Below, piece by piece: positions 60,293-64,000 of a stretch of 64,000 bases of DNA. Every line of letters begins with the position of its first letter. Within the stretch, counting starts at the first letter, position 1. Both the position numbers and the translations under genes were made by a program. Origin of the DNA: an uncultured delta proteobacterium (lineage in GTDB: Bacteria; Desulfobacterota; Desulfobacteria; Desulfobacterales; QNYZ01); contig CAWJQU010000003.1 of NCBI GenBank assembly GCA_963845145.1, positions 32,001-96,000 on the forward strand, in the 5' to 3' direction. The notes below the pieces were generated by a model. It had not been told where the DNA came from, ran no database searches, and saw only the letters and a list, made by a program, of their open reading frames with translations.

Positions 60293-60673
60293 GTGATCAT
60301 GCGAGTAATGAAGTTATTGGACAAAAAGGGGTATGAGGTCCACACCATCTCCCCGGATGCCATGGTATACGACGCTCTCAAAATCATGGCGGAGAAAAAG
60401 ATCGGGGCCCTTGTGGTCTTAGAGAATGATAAAATGGTGGGGATCATGTCTGAAAGGGATTATGCACGAAAAGTGATCCTTAAGGGCAAGACCTCAAGCG
60501 AGACTCAGGTTGGGGAGATCATGACCCGGGATGTGATTTCTGCCCAACCCACCACCAAGCTGAAAAAATGCTTTAAACTGATGACCAAAAACCATATTCG
60601 CCATATGCCTATCATTGAGGACAATCGGCTGGTGGGCATTATCTCCATTGACGATGTGATGCAAGTTACTTGA
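60293..60673 (+). CDS. CBS domain pair protein
   Basis: IGALVV..GIMSERDY and IRHMPI..LVGIISI.D. Confidence 0.9.
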   Translation: MIMRVMKLLDKKGYEVHTISPDAMVYDALKIMAEKKIGALVVLENDKMVGIMSERDYARKVILKGKTSSETQVGEIMTRDVISAQPTTKLKKCFKLMTKNHIRHMPIIEDNRLVGIISIDDVMQVT

Positions 60674-60823
60674 ACCTGAATTGTGCGATTTTTTACTCGC
60701 TCAACTTAGGTTGAAATAAGCCAACCGTATTATTAAGGTTCGTAAATAATGGGAAACCCATTTTAGGGTCTCCAAACCCGCCACACATGCAAGTTATTTT
60801 CCGAATCCCGGAATAGAACAACA

Positions 60824-62022
60824 TTACGCCAGAGATTCAGCATCTCGGCCACCCACCTCCGGGATCCAATAAATCGGAATCAAAGAGATAACCGGGATGA
60901 AGACCAGTACCAGAAGTACGCTCTCAATGGTATAGATATCGCCCAGTTTCCCAACGATGGGGGAAAGTATACCGCCGGTGCCAAAGGCCAGTCCCATCAT
61001 GAGGCTTGCCACCATAGAACGCGCATTGGGGGCGATTTTTTGGGCCATGACAACGCCAAGCGGTATGGAGGCCATGCTGGCACCGCCGGCCAGAACCGTG
61101 GCCGGATAGATCCAGGCGCCGGGGGCTAAGAAAACATTAACAAAAACGGCGCCATCAATCCGTGGGTAATCCACAAAAGACGTTTGTAGCCCATGCGGTC
61201 AGACAAATGGCCGCACAAAAGCCCGGCAAAAGTGCCTGAAATGGTAAAGATGGAAAAAAGAAAACCTGCGGAAACAAGCGTATGGCCTTTTTGTACCCAT
61301 AAAACAGGCATAAAGGTCATCAGCGATTGCCCCACCAGCGCTCGCAATACCATGACGATCCAGATCAGCAGAATCGGTCGCCACACCTTGCCCAAGGTTA
61401 ATCTAATGGTCTCCATAAACCCGTACTGGGCCATGCCGTCGCCCTTGGGTTTGGGTATGACCCAGTAGAAATAGAACCAGATTAAAAAACCGATGATCAT
61501 GGTGGCCGGCATGGCCGAAAGACCGAACCGGGCCACATAGAGCGTGATGAAAATGGGACCAACGCCAAATGCAAAGGTACCGGCCGTATTATAGATAGAC
61601 ATGGCCAGTCCCTGATTACGACCGGCATAAGTCGGAACCATGCCGGTGACCGGCGGATGAAACAGAGACGAACCGGCGGAACCGATGACAATGCAGAGCA
61701 TCAACCCATAAAACCCGGTCGTGATTCCCGCCAGCGGAATGAAAAAAATCGGTAGAATCAACCCGATCAGAATAAAGCGGCGGGAAGGATGGCGATCCGC
61801 CCAAAAGCCCGACATGGGCTGGATAATAAACATCAAAAAACGGGAGATACCGGCCAGTAACCCCACCTGGGCCAGGCTTAGTCCCATTTTATCAATAAAT
61901 ACGGGATACAGGGGACTGATGAAAGAGCTGTAGAAATCACCGCTGAAGTGCACCAGCGCCAGGGCGATTATTATTTTCCAACGGGGTTTTGAGTCCAATT
62001 CAGCCATGGGGGCTTTTGGCAC
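60824..62022 (-). pseudogene. MFS transporter (Fsr-like) with an apparent frameshift at the A4 run 61131-61134 (possible sequencing error)
   Basis: H..D...PL.P, QPMSG..AD.H, FHP and G.LSDR.G. The final TM helices are in ORF 60824-61174. Confidence 0.88.
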
Positions 62023-62095
62023 TTAGACCCGCCGATGTCAATGAGAAAAGCTTGACATAGAGGGCCCCCATGGCGTGACCTCAAATGACTTCGGG

Positions 62096-63250
62096 TTACC
62101 CGGCAGCTTTCGCCATTTGGCTGGCAGCGCACTCGTTTTTGCCTAAATCCATGACGTCGGCCTCTTCTTCATCCACCGATGCCAAACCGGCGTTGATTTC
62201 ACGGATTTTGGCGTACTCATCCGGTTGCTTACGGATGTTGGCTTTAATAAATTCGTAAAAGTCCTCTTCGTTTTGAATACCGTATATATCACTATTTAGC
62301 TCTTTGATCCGGCCAATGGTTTCCATAAACATAAACGCTTCATTGGCCTCTTTCCAGGACATGTAATGGCCGGGCAGCACGAGAATCGAATCATCCAGGG
62401 TCCGTATTTTTTCAGTCATGGTTTGGAAAAGCATTTTAGACCACTCCGCCGCCATCCCCCCCAAATCGGGTCTGCCAATGGAATAAATAAAAATTGTATC
62501 CCCGGCAACAATAAAGCGATCATCGATCAAGTAAGAGGTACTCCCCGGTGTGTGTCCGGGTGTATGAATGGCCTTGACTTCGGGTCCCCCCTGGCCAAAA
62601 GAATAGATAGCGCCATCGGCAACCGCGGTATAATCAAAGGCGGCACCGTCAAAATCAGCCGGTGGTGCAATAATGTTCGTTTTCAGGGTGCTTTGAAGCA
62701 TGGCGCTTCCGGAGATATAATCGGCCTGGCGATGGGTTTCAAAGGTTTTGATAATGGTACACCCTTTAGATGCGGCAAATTCCTTATAGAAATCGATATT
62801 TTTTGCCGGATCGAAAACCATCATTTCATTACCGCTCAACAACCCATAACTACACGACGCCTTGCCGGGTCGCCGGAACTGATAGAGTTGATAGTTGTCT
62901 TTCGAGGCTACGCGAACGGGCGCCAATAAATTTCCCCAGGCTTTAATACCCACCAGCATATGTCCCACATCCTCAAACCCGTGACTTATCAGTATATCGC
63001 CGACATATTTGGATGACCCCTCTTTGGCACAGACGATACGAACCTTTTTATCCTTGGGGACTTTAGCCACGCTCTCTTCTTCATGCTCGATGAACTCCAT
63101 GTAAGGCACATTTAGCATGTCGATCGAATGAGGGCCTTCTACTTTAAAGCGACCAAACTCCTCTTCATTTCGAACATCCAGCAACAGAAACGATTCATTG
63201 TTGATTAGCCAATCAAACAGATTTTGAGCGGTAAATGATTCCATGGACAT
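62096..63250 (-). CDS. rhodanese + metallo-beta-lactamase fold protein (persulfide dioxygenase-like)
   Basis: LLDVRN..CAKEGSS; ETHRQADY, HTPGHT, GDTIF..GRPDL and LPGH. Confidence 0.88.
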   Translation of the reverse strand: MSMESFTAQNLFDWLINNESFLLLDVRNEEEFGRFKVEGPHSIDMLNVPYMEFIEHEEESVAKVPKDKKVRIVCAKEGSSKYVGDILISHGFEDVGHMLVGIKAWGNLLAPVRVASKDNYQLYQFRRPGKASCSYGLLSGNEMMVFDPAKNIDFYKEFAASKGCTIIKTFETHRQADYISGSAMLQSTLKTNIIAPPADFDGAAFDYTAVADGAIYSFGQGGPEVKAIHTPGHTPGSTSYLIDDRFIVAGDTIFIYSIGRPDLGGMAAEWSKMLFQTMTEKIRTLDDSILVLPGHYMSWKEANEAFMFMETIGRIKELNSDIYGIQNEEDFYEFIKANIRKQPDEYAKIREINAGLASVDEEEADVMDLGKNECAASQMAKAAG

Positions 63251-63723
63251 GACATCTCCTCTTTGATATTAAAAACCGAACCGGGACATGATTTCCATTT
63301 TTATCAAAATCTGACGCCTGATGATGGAAAAAAGCCTGCCGATGATCACGCGGTTTATCAATAGTATTTCTGTTTAACCTGAAAAATATATTTGAGACAA
63401 GTTTAATATATAATTCGATAATTGCAACTGAAAATTTACACTTTGGCCTCACAATAAAGTAAAAAGCGGTTTCCGATTCTTTACTCTAACGATTCCTGAA
63501 ACTTGGCCCAAACCGTTTTACTCGTGCTATCTTAAGCCCCCTGCCCGTTTGATTTGTATTCAATGTGTCCATCGTTGGTAAATGTGCAGGACCCATTATT
63601 AGAAAAAACACCTCATGCAAAATTTTAAAATGCCAATAATACAAAGTATTGATAGGGGTCATTTTTAAGCCAAAAGTGGTTCGAATCGCCAATAAATAAT
63701 AAATCGAAACGGAAATTAACGTC

Positions 63724-64000
63724 TTGTCGAAAAAGCCGTATTTATACCTGCAAAACGTTTGCCCTCAAACGGGTTATCGTATCTTTACGTGTCCGGAGTG
63801 GACCGATGTATCATTTGACGAAAATTACGAAACCAGCCTGAGCATTATCGATGATCGGATCATTTTCAGCCGACCGATGGGATATGCCACCCTGTCGGGT
63901 GTCAATCAGTTTCTAAAACTGGTTGACGATATCATTGAGGCCCGCTTTCCTGCCCACGTTTCTTGCATTCTGGTCGAAGATATGTCCAATCTGAGCGGCG
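63724..64000 (+). CDS. 5' part of an ORF missing from the ORF track (runs off window); possibly the N-terminal input region of a signal-transduction protein
   Basis: Open frame from TTG 63724: MSKKPYLYLQNVCPQTGYRIFTCPEWTDVSFDENYETSLSIIDDRIIFSRPMG...; no stop before the window end. Confidence 0.6.
   Translation, partial: MSKKPYLYLQNVCPQTGYRIFTCPEWTDVSFDENYETSLSIIDDRIIFSRPMGYATLSGVNQFLKLVDDIIEARFPAHVSCILVEDMSNLSG

Overview
Gene-dense chromosomal window, most likely from a Desulfobacterota (Desulfobacterales-like) bacterium; the taxon is inferred from gene content and protein style. It carries housekeeping loci: purB, fabG, plsY, a YejABE-type peptide ABC transporter, rplM-rpsI, tolQRAB-pal-cpoB followed by ruvCAB, sdhCAB and menA. 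Transporters and signalling genes are interspersed. I saw no rRNA, tRNA, CRISPR array, transposase or integrase. The main candidate for an undescribed system lies at about 46.6-51.0 kb. It has an ECF sigma factor, a membrane anti-sigma with a periplasmic CBM48/AMPK-glycogen-binding-like domain, a lipoprotein with a similar domain, and three exported Gly-rich or ferritin-like proteins. Four transcription units there share a GTAAC-N16-(C/G)GT(T/C) promoter-like motif. Other notable items: (1) two divergent copies of a ~145-bp nested palindrome with conserved loops and compensatory stems; (2) a 513-aa FabH-like enzyme with an internally duplicated, Cys-less N-terminal half; (3) a MurI homologue lacking its second catalytic Cys; (4) two secreted proteins with similar hydrophobic C-terminal tails; (5) four single-base frameshifts in short homopolymers (ruvA, tolA, a cyclase, an MFS transporter) that may be sequencing errors. 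All functional calls come from motif recognition by eye; no database searches were run.
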